In this document: positions 8,004-16,172 of the stretch, in pieces
Layout of the letters: every line of letters starts with the position of its first letter
Position numbering within the stretch: the first letter of the stretch is position 1
IMG/VR virus record: IMGVR_UViG_2541047802_000015
DNA from: a virus
Lineage: Duplodnaviria > Heunggongvirae > Uroviricota > Caudoviricetes
Strand: one strand, 5' to 3'
Length of the DNA: 37,585 bases
Program-made: the position numbers and the translations under genes
The notes under the pieces: generated by a model
What the model saw: only the letters and a program-made list of their open reading frames with translations
Databases searched by the model: none
Told to the model about the DNA's origin: nothing

Positions 8004-8273
8004 TTACCACAAAGATTCCGGCCACACGACGCGACAGCCGTGCAGTTCGAAAACGCCCTGACGGAAATATCCCCTGTGGTCATGTCCGGTATACAGATAA
8101 CAGGCCTTTCCCTGCTCAAGCATGCGCATGCAATGCGCACTCCGGGAAACGCGGATGACAGGTTTGTTACCCCTGATGGTGATGCTTTGTACATCCGTGT
8201 TCGTCGCCTTAAGCGCCATAATGGCTGACTGCACTTTGCTGATTTGCTGGTTGATACCTGTGGTGGATTTCAT
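8004..8273 (-). CDS. hypothetical protein between B and gam (Kil-position)
   Basis: 89-aa ORF; position is analogous to kil in Mu, with no sequence-level support. Confidence 0.4.
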   Translation of the reverse strand: MKSTTGINQQISKVQSAIMALKATNTDVQSITIRGNKPVIRVSRSAHCMRMLEQGKACYLYTGHDHRGYFRQGVFELHGCRVVWPESLW

Positions 8274-8275
8274 TA

Positions 8276-9442
8276 TTAAACTCCTTTGACAACGTCAGCG
8301 TTGACCTGTGGAACCCCGATTTCAGCGGCCAGATTCATGGCGGCTATTACCAGGTTACTGACGGCCAGCGGATACAGCAGGCTGACCATATTTTTACGAT
8401 GACTTCCCGGATTGCTCAGGCGGGCACGTATGGCATCCACTGCGCTGGCGTCCATAATGTCCGTCAGTTGTTTACCGGCCCGTTGCAGTTTGAACGTCAG
8501 AAATTCTTCAAGGTTATTGTCCAGAGGCAGAAGTTCGACCACCTCACAGCGCTGAACGACTTCACGGACTTCCATATTGCGTTCAGACAGTTTTGTCGCC
8601 AGTTCCGGCTGGCCAATCAGCACGATGGACAGCAGTTTTTTGAAACCGGACTCCAGCTCAAAAAAGCGTTTGAGGTGTTTCAGTGTCGGAATGGGCAGAC
8701 TGTGGGCCTCCTCAATCACCAGAACGTGGCTGAACCCCGCCTGGCTGCTGTCTTTCAGGACGCGATGCAACTGGCGAAAGCGGGCGTCCTGACTGCGTCT
8801 GATGCTTTCCAGTGGTGCGATGGTACTGATAATGGCTTCGGCAATAGCTGCTGCCTTCAGGGTTTTCCCTTTCACATCGTTGTCTTCCATAGCGATGATG
8901 TATGGCTCGATAACAATTACCGGCGCATTCTCGCGGTTAATACGTTCAGTCAGGTCGCGGCGCAGCGTGGATTTACCCGCACCGGACTCACCGATGACGG
9001 CCATAAACCCACCATGACGGGCTGTCTGGTACAGCGCCTCACGCACGTAGCGAATGTCCGGGGTGGTGAACACATCATCAGAACCCTGCATGGCTTCATC
9101 GGCGAACGGGTCACGGAAAAGACCAAACGCTTTTTTGGTTGCTGGAAATAACACCTGTTTTTTGAGTAACATATTCTCTTCCTCACTGAGGCTCGTTTTA
9201 TCTGTGGTACCCGCTGTACGGGGCGTGGCCGCGCCCTGTACAGCATCAAAACTCTTCGTTGTATCAATCCCCTGACTTTCCAGCCAGGACGCAAGACGCC
9301 GGCGCACTTCTCCGGGGCTGGTGCGGGGCCACGCGTTATGATTCACAATCTGGGCCAGCGTGGCCTCAGAAACATCGACAGCTCTCGCCGCCACCGCCTG
9401 TGGAATACGGGCCTCTTTCAGTTGCTGCTTCAGTACCAGCAT
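8276..9442 (-). CDS. transposition ATPase B-like protein (HTH plus P-loop)
   Basis: Walker A GESGAGKST and Walker B-like HVLVIEEAH; start refined to ATG at 9442 with GGAGG RBS; directly downstream of the transposase. Confidence 0.75.
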   Translation of the reverse strand: MLVLKQQLKEARIPQAVAARAVDVSEATLAQIVNHNAWPRTSPGEVRRRLASWLESQGIDTTKSFDAVQGAATPRTAGTTDKTSLSEEENMLLKKQVLFPATKKAFGLFRDPFADEAMQGSDDVFTTPDIRYVREALYQTARHGGFMAVIGESGAGKSTLRRDLTERINRENAPVIVIEPYIIAMEDNDVKGKTLKAAAIAEAIISTIAPLESIRRSQDARFRQLHRVLKDSSQAGFSHVLVIEEAHSLPIPTLKHLKRFFELESGFKKLLSIVLIGQPELATKLSERNMEVREVVQRCEVVELLPLDNNLEEFLTFKLQRAGKQLTDIMDASAVDAIRARLSNPGSHRKNMVSLLYPLAVSNLVIAAMNLAAEIGVPQVNADVVKGV

Positions 9443-9452
9443 GTTTCCCTCC

Positions 9453-11222
9453 TCAGTTGCCGTTAACAATGCTGATAACGCTGCTGCGGGCCGGCGTGGT
9501 CAGCGTGGCCATGACTTCATCCAGTGCGGCTTCCGGTACGCCGTCCGGGTACTGTGCTGTTAACTGGCGGTAATGTTCCGGCGTCCAGGTCAGGCCGTCG
9601 GCGCTGAACTTATCGCGCAGGGCTTTCGCGGCCTCCACATGAGTCATGGGACGCTGTTCAGTGCGCGGTCCGCGTACGTCAGAGGCCTGACCACGCTTCG
9701 GTATACAGGCCGGAAGTGTGGCGTCATCAATATGTTTATACGGGTCAAGCCGCCCGCCGAACGGCAGCGCCTTCGCCTTGCGTGCGGCAGCTGCATCTGC
9801 GGCGTTGTCTGTACCGGTGACCAGCGCTTCGGTTTCTTTTGCCGCCATCTGCGCCGGGGTTTCCGGCAGGGCTTTGTAACTTTCGCCAAATACCGCCGCG
9901 CCTTCAGCAAAGCCAAACTCGTTCTTTCTGACCTCTTCGACCAGGAAGAACGTCTCGTGGCCGTCCTCACCGGTCAGAACCACCTGTGCCACATCGCTGC
10001 GCCACGGGTTACGGGTAATCATCAGTTTTTCACCGACCAGTACGCCCGGTACCGTTGATACGTCAAATTCAGTGCCCCGGAACGAGACACGAAGTTTTGG
10101 CGTGACTTTGCGGAGTTCTGGTGCCGCCACAGCCAGTTCACGACATACCTCAACGGAAGGCGCTTTTTTCAGCTGCTCAGCAGTAATCTTCAGCCAGATA
10201 TCCGTGCGGGTTTTACCGTGGCGGCTGTGAACAGCCGTGGCGTTAAAGTGGCTGCGCCATTTCGCGGCCAGCGCGTTGAGTTCTTCCAGACTGTGAACCG
10301 GCCGGAACTTCAGACCCGGCTCCAGCTTGCGTTCGATAATGTCACGCGCCTTTTCCACCTGTCCGGTGGCGCGGGCGTTATGCGGCTTGTGCGCTATCAG
10401 GTCGATGCCCAGTGAGCGGCACATGTTTTTCGTCATACCCGCGGTGTTTGCCGAGCCGGGGTCGAGATAGAGTATTTTTGGCACGCCGTGCAGCACGTCT
10501 GCGCCGCCACGCTCCTGCATGGCGTTGATAAGCACAGAACACAGGTTCTCACCGGATTCCGCACCCGTCACATACTCAACGTAAATCCAGCCGCTGGCAT
10601 GGTCGGTAATCTCGTAACTCCACACGCGGTCACTGGCGATACGGGCAAGGTTAGCGGGCTTGTTTTTGTAGAATTTCGCGCTGTCCATCACCTGCAGCCC
10701 TTTATGTCCATTGCTCAGGTAGTAAAGCGTGCAGAGTGAGGCGTCAATCTGCCAGACATGATTGGGGTGCAGACTGGCCACTTCGGTATGCGGTGCAGGG
10801 GCATCCAGTTGTTCCGGGTGCAGGCCATAGTTACGCAGGGCACGACTGATGGCATCTTCGGACAACGGGAAAAACTCACCGGTGGTTTCATCTGTTCTGC
10901 CTGCGGAGATAAAGCCGTTAGCCCGCAGGGTTTCCACTGCATCCGCGATGGAATAGAGACGCTTACCGTTCTTGCGGGTGGCCTCACGTAGTGTGGCAGA
11001 TATCAGCGCGGCTTCGTCGCGGGTCAGGGTGCTGCGTCCGGCATCGGCGCGTTTTTTGCGTTTATCAGTCACAGAGACCTCCTTCAGCCTGCGCAGCAGA
11101 GTGGCGCGGGACATGCCAAGTTCAGCACAGGCAGCGTCGTATATTGCACCGCGTTTACCATGCCCCGCATTACGTGCCGCGCGGGCTGTTTCAACAAGTT
11201 TTTCAGTCAGTGCCGGGGTCAT
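9453..11222 (-). CDS. Mu-type DDE transposase (A protein, integrase catalytic core)
   Basis: 589 aa; N-terminal HTH; candidate DDE residues in VWQIDAS, LYLDPGSANT and ATGQVEKARD. Confidence 0.85.
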   Translation of the reverse strand: MTPALTEKLVETARAARNAGHGKRGAIYDAACAELGMSRATLLRRLKEVSVTDKRKKRADAGRSTLTRDEAALISATLREATRKNGKRLYSIADAVETLRANGFISAGRTDETTGEFFPLSEDAISRALRNYGLHPEQLDAPAPHTEVASLHPNHVWQIDASLCTLYYLSNGHKGLQVMDSAKFYKNKPANLARIASDRVWSYEITDHASGWIYVEYVTGAESGENLCSVLINAMQERGGADVLHGVPKILYLDPGSANTAGMTKNMCRSLGIDLIAHKPHNARATGQVEKARDIIERKLEPGLKFRPVHSLEELNALAAKWRSHFNATAVHSRHGKTRTDIWLKITAEQLKKAPSVEVCRELAVAAPELRKVTPKLRVSFRGTEFDVSTVPGVLVGEKLMITRNPWRSDVAQVVLTGEDGHETFFLVEEVRKNEFGFAEGAAVFGESYKALPETPAQMAAKETEALVTGTDNAADAAAARKAKALPFGGRLDPYKHIDDATLPACIPKRGQASDVRGPRTEQRPMTHVEAAKALRDKFSADGLTWTPEHYRQLTAQYPDGVPEAALDEVMATLTTPARSSVISIVNGN

Positions 11223-11237
11223 AGCTTGTCTTCCCTG

Positions 11238-11555
11238 TTATCCGATTCTGGCGGCAATTTTTCTGGCACGGTCGCGCAGGGTTTCGCCATCGCAGGTTTT
11301 CACCACGTTATTTACCGGTTGCGGCGCAACTGCCGGGCGCAATGCTGACTGATGCTGCAGACGTCTTATCTGCTGCATCAGCATCACTTCCATCGTCAGT
11401 ACAAACGGATGCGCCTCCTGTGCGGGTACGCAGATTTCACCGGAAGGTGTCACCACGCGGAAACCCTGCACCATCTCCGGCAGCAGATTACACAGTGCGT
11501 GCCCCAGTGCCTCCGGGCTGTCCATCAGGATATTTTGTGTGTTATCCGTGTTCAT
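11238..11555 (-). CDS. hypothetical protein (105 aa)
   Basis: ORF immediately upstream of the transposase in the same orientation. Confidence 0.4.
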   Translation of the reverse strand: MNTDNTQNILMDSPEALGHALCNLLPEMVQGFRVVTPSGEICVPAQEAHPFVLTMEVMLMQQIRRLQHQSALRPAVAPQPVNNVVKTCDGETLRDRARKIAARIG

Positions 11556-12472
11556 TACTGCATGCCCTCCGGTCGGTTGATTTCAGGCTCCGGTTCGGTC
11601 AGCCATGCGGGGACATCGTTACCCGATGGTGCGGCATCAAGGTCGAACGTCTCACGCAATGCATGAACACTGCGTTCAATCTGGCAGACCAGACCGGCCA
11701 TGAAATCTCTGGGGGTATCAATCATGTTTTTACTGCAGTATTCACACAGGGTTTCAAAGGCACCGGAGAGCCGGACGGCGATGGCAGATTCCGCCTCAAC
11801 CGCTAATGCGGTCACTTCCGCCCGCAGCTTCTTCACCTCTTCATCAGGCTCAGGCGGTTGAATACGGGATTTCTTCTCCAGTTTTGTGGCCAGTTCGTTG
11901 ATTTTTTCGTCCTTTCCGGCAAGCACCTGTTGCTGAGCTGCGTTAGTTTCGCGCGCTTCACGCAGGGCCTGGCGAAGTTCACGTACTGACATGCGATCAA
12001 CATCATCAAGCGTCAGGCCGGCAACTGTGCCGCCGTCGGCCAGTTCGGCAAGGTCTTCATCGTCTTCAGCAACAAGTTCAAATAATTTTGCCTTACCCAA
12101 AAGCGACAACGTTGTCGCTTTTGGCTCTAGTTTTGGTGAAAGGTATTTCAAAGATGCTTTCATCATTCGTTGTGCTGCGCGCACGTGCAAACCAAGTTGT
12201 TCTTCTACAATTCCAACAAAGTCCCCGTGTGGCTCATTTTCTTTTAAGATGATCAGCCGTTTACCCGCTTCCAGCATAGATTCAGCACTCTGCGCCATAT
12301 AAAAACGTGCTTCGTGAACGATGCGATCACGTTCATAAGGCAGTCCATCACCAAACTGCTGCATGATCTCCATGCGATGCTGTGTCATGGCATTCAGGCT
12401 GACGTTGAGATCATCCGACAGCGGTACCTCGGCGTTCAGTTCAGTGTTAACCGGTGATTTGGTGCGTCCCAT
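11555..12472 (-). CDS. phage early protein with coiled-coil region (possibly DUF3102-like)
   Basis: 305 aa; Glu/Ala-rich central coiled coil; family assignment is tentative. Confidence 0.45.
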   Translation of the reverse strand: MGRTKSPVNTELNAEVPLSDDLNVSLNAMTQHRMEIMQQFGDGLPYERDRIVHEARFYMAQSAESMLEAGKRLIILKENEPHGDFVGIVEEQLGLHVRAAQRMMKASLKYLSPKLEPKATTLSLLGKAKLFELVAEDDEDLAELADGGTVAGLTLDDVDRMSVRELRQALREARETNAAQQQVLAGKDEKINELATKLEKKSRIQPPEPDEEVKKLRAEVTALAVEAESAIAVRLSGAFETLCEYCSKNMIDTPRDFMAGLVCQIERSVHALRETFDLDAAPSGNDVPAWLTEPEPEINRPEGMQ

Positions 12473-12482
12473 TGATTACTCC

Positions 12483-12797
12483 TTACAAACGACTACCTGA
12501 AATGACACGTTGGTTGATTTCGTTAATGCGATCCTGTGCACGTGCCATCTCGTTACTGTGGGCCATGGCGATCTGCAGCAACTGGATGCCCGGTGCGAAA
12601 CGCCCGTTTTCCAGTTTCAGGGCCAGTCCTTCTTCAATGAGGGTGTTGAGTGCCCGGTTGATGTTTGCCGGTGACTCGTGCAGTGCTGCCGCCAGTTCAC
12701 CATTGGAAATACCGTTCAGGGCATGACCGCGCAGCGCTTTGAGTACCCGGAGGATGCGACTGCCGGAGCTTGAAACATTCGTCTTACTCATCTGCAT
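12483..12797 (-). CDS. winged-helix DNA-binding protein
   Basis: 104 aa; ILRVLKALRGHALNGISNGELAAAL...INRALNTLIEEGL resembles a MarR/IclR-type wHTH. Confidence 0.45.
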   Translation of the reverse strand: MQMSKTNVSSSGSRILRVLKALRGHALNGISNGELAAALHESPANINRALNTLIEEGLALKLENGRFAPGIQLLQIAMAHSNEMARAQDRINEINQRVISGSRL

Positions 12798-12843
12798 ACC
12801 TCTTTTGCGATATGTGATAACCTTTTACAAAGAATCAAAATAT

Positions 12844-13032
12844 TCAGGCTGCCTGAGCTGTTGATTTCAGCCCCAGTTTCACGGCGATTTCATGGGATTT
12901 ACCGTAACGTGCTTTGCTCTGCCCATTGAGAACGCGGTATACCTCATTGCGGTTGTAGCCGTTTTCTTCTGCCCAGCGGGTGAAAGTGATCCCGCGCTGG
13001 CGGAAGAGAGCTTTGACTTGTTCTGCAGTCAT
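12844..13032 (-). CDS. Ner-like DNA-binding protein (first gene of the early operon)
   Basis: 62 aa; RYGKSHEIAVKLGLK parallels the Ner/Nlp WPKGE-IIA-ALG motif; strong AAGGAGA RBS; divergent from the repressor gene. Confidence 0.6.
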   Translation of the reverse strand: MTAEQVKALFRQRGITFTRWAEENGYNRNEVYRVLNGQSKARYGKSHEIAVKLGLKSTAQAA

Positions 13033-13132
13033 CGTTGTCTCCTTTGTTGATGCAATGATGTTTGCCTTATGTGTGATAGATTATGGTGCAGATTATCTCA
13101 CCAGTCAACTTAAAGAGTGCAGAAAAACTCAC
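13033..13132. promoter_or_regulatory. divergent early/repressor control region with candidate operator
   Basis: 100-bp gap between divergent Ner-like and HTH genes; imperfect inverted repeat GTGATAGAT...ATCTCAC at 13073-13101 with two AGATTAT copies. Confidence 0.4.
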
Positions 13133-13471
13133 ATGATCGGGTTACGTATTAAAGAAGAAAGAGAGCGTCTATCTCTTACACAGCAAGGGTTGGCTGATGC
13201 TATCGGTGTGGCAAAGAGAACTTTTATTGATTGGGAAAAAGATCGCACTTCTCCTACTGCAGTGCAGTTATCTGCACTATCAGAAATCGGTGTAGATGTT
13301 TTGTATGTAGTTACTGGGGTGCGGAGTCAGCCTGTTGTTGCACCTTATATGTCACAAGAAAAGAAAGAGTTAATGGATGCATTCGACGAGATGAGCCCCG
13401 AACAACGGAGGGCAATTCTTGAGGTCGGCAAAGTCTTCATTCAACCCAAACCAAGCAAACTCGCAGGCTGA
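13133..13471 (+). CDS. XRE/Cro-CI-type HTH repressor
   Basis: Start refined to ATG at 13133; LSLTQQGLADAIGVAKRTFIDWEKDRTSP is a canonical XRE helix-turn-helix; 112 aa with no peptidase domain. Confidence 0.6.
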   Translation: MIGLRIKEERERLSLTQQGLADAIGVAKRTFIDWEKDRTSPTAVQLSALSEIGVDVLYVVTGVRSQPVVAPYMSQEKKELMDAFDEMSPEQRRAILEVGKVFIQPKPSKLAG

Positions 13472-13557
13472 TTCTGACCTGGACAGAAAGGACAGGTGGT
13501 TGATCTGGATGCTTTCAGAAAACGCCGTCAGTAGCATGGCAGAAATCGGCGGGCTTA

Positions 13558-13591
13558 CCGGAAAGCACTGTACTTTCCGGTTATGGCTTTT
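13558..13591 (+). terminator. putative intrinsic terminator between convergent repressor and dam genes
   Basis: CCGGAAAG/CTTTCCGG 8-bp stem with 7-nt loop, followed by TTATGGCTTTT on the plus strand. Confidence 0.45.
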
Positions 13592-14354
13592 AGAAATTGC
13601 AGATCACCAGCTCACGGCGTGGAGTTGATTTGCCTGCCAGACTGTAGTTGATGTTCACTGTCTGTATGTTCAGTCCAGTGAACACCTCGCGCATCTGCGG
13701 GATGTCGTTCACCGAAATTATCATCTTTCCTCTGATGCACCGGGCCAGCTCTGCCAGCCGCGAGTAGTTCCCTTCAGGAAAATCCACACCATAGCCTTCT
13801 GTACCCAGATACGGCGGGTCACAGTAGAACAGCGTGTGCGGACGGTCATAGCGCTCAATGCACTGTTGCCAGTCCATGTGTTCTATCACCGTTCTGGAAA
13901 GCCGCAGGTGTGCCGCTGACAGTTCTTCCTCGATACGCAGCAGGTTGAAGCGTGGCGGGGATGTGGTGGAGGTGCCGAAGCTGTGCTCTGCCACCTTGCC
14001 GCCAAACGCCTGCTTCTGGAGGTAGTAGAACCGTGCTGCACGCTGGATATCCGTCAGTGTTTCTGTCGGGGTGATCTGCAGCCATTTGTAGATCTGCCGG
14101 CTGACCAGCGCCCATTTGAACTGGCGGACAAATTCTTCCAGATGATGTTTTACCACCCGATACAGATTTACCAGTTCACCATTGATATCGTTAATGACTT
14201 CGAGCTTACCAGGTGTCTTAAGAAAATAGAGCGCTGCTGCGCCGCAGAACGGCTCCACGTAACATTCATGCGCCGGAAACAGCGGCAGGATGTGTTTTGC
14301 CAGGCGACGTTTGCCACCAATCCATGGAACGATGGGTAATGTCTGCATTTTCAT
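13590..14354 (-). CDS. dam: DNA adenine methyltransferase (Dam family, N6-adenine, D12 class)
   Basis: 254 aa; catalytic DPPY motif and N-terminal FxGxK-type AdoMet-binding region; no restriction endonuclease partner in the window. Confidence 0.85.
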   Translation of the reverse strand: MKMQTLPIVPWIGGKRRLAKHILPLFPAHECYVEPFCGAAALYFLKTPGKLEVINDINGELVNLYRVVKHHLEEFVRQFKWALVSRQIYKWLQITPTETLTDIQRAARFYYLQKQAFGGKVAEHSFGTSTTSPPRFNLLRIEEELSAAHLRLSRTVIEHMDWQQCIERYDRPHTLFYCDPPYLGTEGYGVDFPEGNYSRLAELARCIRGKMIISVNDIPQMREVFTGLNIQTVNINYSLAGKSTPRRELVICNF

Positions 14355-14459
14355 AATCTGTAAGCCTTTTACAATTATTAAAAATATGGCAGGCTAGTCT
14401 GGTCTCGCGAGACTGACTGAACCCCGGTCGGCTCACAGCGCATTCCTGTGGGACGATGG

Positions 14460-14500
14460 CCAGCCCGGTGGGTCCGAAGCACCGGGCTGGTCGTTCTTTC
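14460..14500 (+). terminator. GC-rich hairpin with downstream T-tract (plus-strand terminator-like) upstream of dam
   Basis: 11-bp stem (14460-14470 pairs with 14480-14490), 9-nt loop, then TCGTTCTTTC; no annotated plus-strand gene ends here. Confidence 0.35.
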
Positions 14501-14546
14501 ATGATGCGGCAGGGATGAAGTGATTTCTGTTAATGTGGTTTAGGGA

Positions 14547-14762
14547 TTATCCGGGGCGATTTTCTGACCTTATCTGGTCCAGGGCATAAGTGATCCCTTC
14601 TGCAAAAACAGAAGTATCAAACTGCTTTTGTATTTCCTGAAAATGAACAGTGGCACGACAGACACTCAGTTCTCCGCGATGTAACCGGATAATATCTTCC
14701 AGAACATTGTTCACTGCTTCGGCACGGCGCTGATGTTCTGTTAACGTTAATCGGGGATTCAT
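14547..14762 (-). CDS. hypothetical protein (71 aa)
   Basis: ATG at 14762 preceded by AAGGAG with 6-nt spacer; no family recognised. Confidence 0.4.
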   Translation of the reverse strand: MNPRLTLTEHQRRAEAVNNVLEDIIRLHRGELSVCRATVHFQEIQKQFDTSVFAEGITYALDQIRSENRPG

Positions 14763-15139
14763 GATGCACTCCTTAAATGATGATTTTTATGTACTCACCG
14801 GCAAAATATTCTGCCGATTACTGAACACGCATCCGGCTCCTCAGGTTTTGATTTATTCTGGTTTTTTCGATATCCCGGACCAGGTTGATCACGACAGAAA
14901 AAGTGCCGGTATTTTATTGATACGCTGATATGGCTTCGGGATAACAGCTATATTCGTTACTCTCAGTTGCTGGCTGTGGGAGCGGCTGATGTCGTCCTCA
15001 CGGAAAAAACGCTCTGTCTGCTCAATGCCATGCCGACCTTTCTGCAGCCCCGGCCCGTACCATTTAAAGAGTCACTTCTGGATGCAGTAAAAACCGGTGA
15101 AAATGCAGTCATCGCTGAATGCGTATCCCGGATTATGCG

Positions 15140-15688
15140 TTACGTGTTTAATGAACGTAAGTGAGGTTTATCCGCTGTCTGCATAATCCCGATAGCCAGT
15201 GCGAGGGGAAGCAATTCCGGGGAAACTCTTTCAAACAGCGATTCCCATTCTCCTCTCGCCATCACTCTGTCCAGCCCGCCCTCCAGCTGCATTTCAGCAA
15301 TCTTCCTGATTTCCCGGAACAACGCCGCTTTGATCTCTTCATGCTCAGCTTTATTTTCCGGTGTCAGAATGTATTCGTCGAAGAACCGGGGAGGCTGGTT
15401 AACGGGGGGCATGTTCACCGGGATGTGTTCCTGTATCCCGTACTCCGGGGCTGAAAAACATTTTGTTGTCTGACCGGTGAGTTTGCGTAACACCTTCATG
15501 AGTTGCTCCTGAAGCAGCTCATTCGTCCGACAGATACGCTCGTCGTCCACAACTGCGGCATCGACAATGACGCTTTTTCCAAATTCCTTTTTCACCATCT
15601 CTTTTATACGCGTCAGAACGTAACTTTTACCGCTGCCTACAGGCCCGGACACTCTGACGGTGATGGTCGGCTTCGGTGTGACTGTCAT
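15140..15688 (-). CDS. small P-loop NTPase/kinase-like protein (182 aa)
   Basis: Start refined to the Met at 15688 with AAGGAG RBS; Walker A GPVGSGKS near the N-terminus and Walker B-like VIVDAAVVDDE. Confidence 0.5.
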   Translation of the reverse strand: MTVTPKPTITVRVSGPVGSGKSYVLTRIKEMVKKEFGKSVIVDAAVVDDERICRTNELLQEQLMKVLRKLTGQTTKCFSAPEYGIQEHIPVNMPPVNQPPRFFDEYILTPENKAEHEEIKAALFREIRKIAEMQLEGGLDRVMARGEWESLFERVSPELLPLALAIGIMQTADKPHLRSLNT

Positions 15689-15747
15689 TCTGTATCTCCT
15701 TTGTGAGTGATCCAGCGTGTATTCTGCATACCCCGAACACGCCTCTC

Positions 15748-15792
15748 TCTTAACGCGCTTTAAAATCCTCCGCGCCACGCTTTTGCCATGCT
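15748..15792 (+). promoter_or_regulatory. putative late promoter upstream of the lysis cassette
   Basis: Conserved block TCTTAACGCGCTTTAAAATC, 19-nt spacer, then CATGCT; same architecture recurs at 23148, 29058 and 35148. Confidence 0.5.
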
Positions 15793-15819
15793 GTCTCCAC
15801 ACAACAAGGAGACATTTTC

Positions 15820-16170
15820 ATGAAACCATTCACTTCCCTTATCGTTGACGTACAAAAAACCCGCCTGCGTGGATGGCTTGTTGCGGCCGTGCTGCTGCTC
15901 CTCATCATCGCGCTGGTCTCACCCCAGCAGTTGCCGGTGGTGGTGTACAAGCTCTCTCTCATCTCCCTCGCCGCCGTGCTCGGCTACTGGCTGGACCGCT
16001 CACTCTTCCCGAAGGCCCGTCCGGGGCAGTACCTGAAGCATGACGAGCGCCTCATGGCTGAGGGGCGCTGGCCCGTACAGACCGGCCTTCACCTGGTGTT
16101 TTCTGCTGCGTTAATCCGCCGTGCACTGATTGTTGCAGCTGTCTGTCTGGCTGTTGCGATGGGGCTTTAA
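15820..16170 (+). CDS. putative holin / lysis membrane protein (first gene of the late arm)
   Basis: 116 aa with 2-3 hydrophobic helices; AAGGAGA RBS; immediately precedes the transglycosylase. Confidence 0.45.
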   Translation: MKPFTSLIVDVQKTRLRGWLVAAVLLLLIIALVSPQQLPVVVYKLSLISLAAVLGYWLDRSLFPKARPGQYLKHDERLMAEGRWPVQTGLHLVFSAALIRRALIVAAVCLAVAMGL

Positions 16171-16172
16171 TC

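Noticed and set aside
8399-9151. 250-aa plus-strand ORF
   Set aside because: Antisense to the B-like ATPase gene, which has Walker motifs in the minus frame.
13419-13628. 69-aa plus-strand ORF spanning the repressor/dam convergent gap
   Set aside because: Overlaps the repressor 3' end, the terminator hairpin and the dam stop; no RBS; most likely not coding.
14967-15164. 65-aa plus-strand ORF between the 71-aa gene and the P-loop gene
   Set aside because: Uses a TTG start with no RBS; the internal ATG also has no RBS; overlaps the 3' end of the P-loop gene. Left open only as a possible non-coding spacer.
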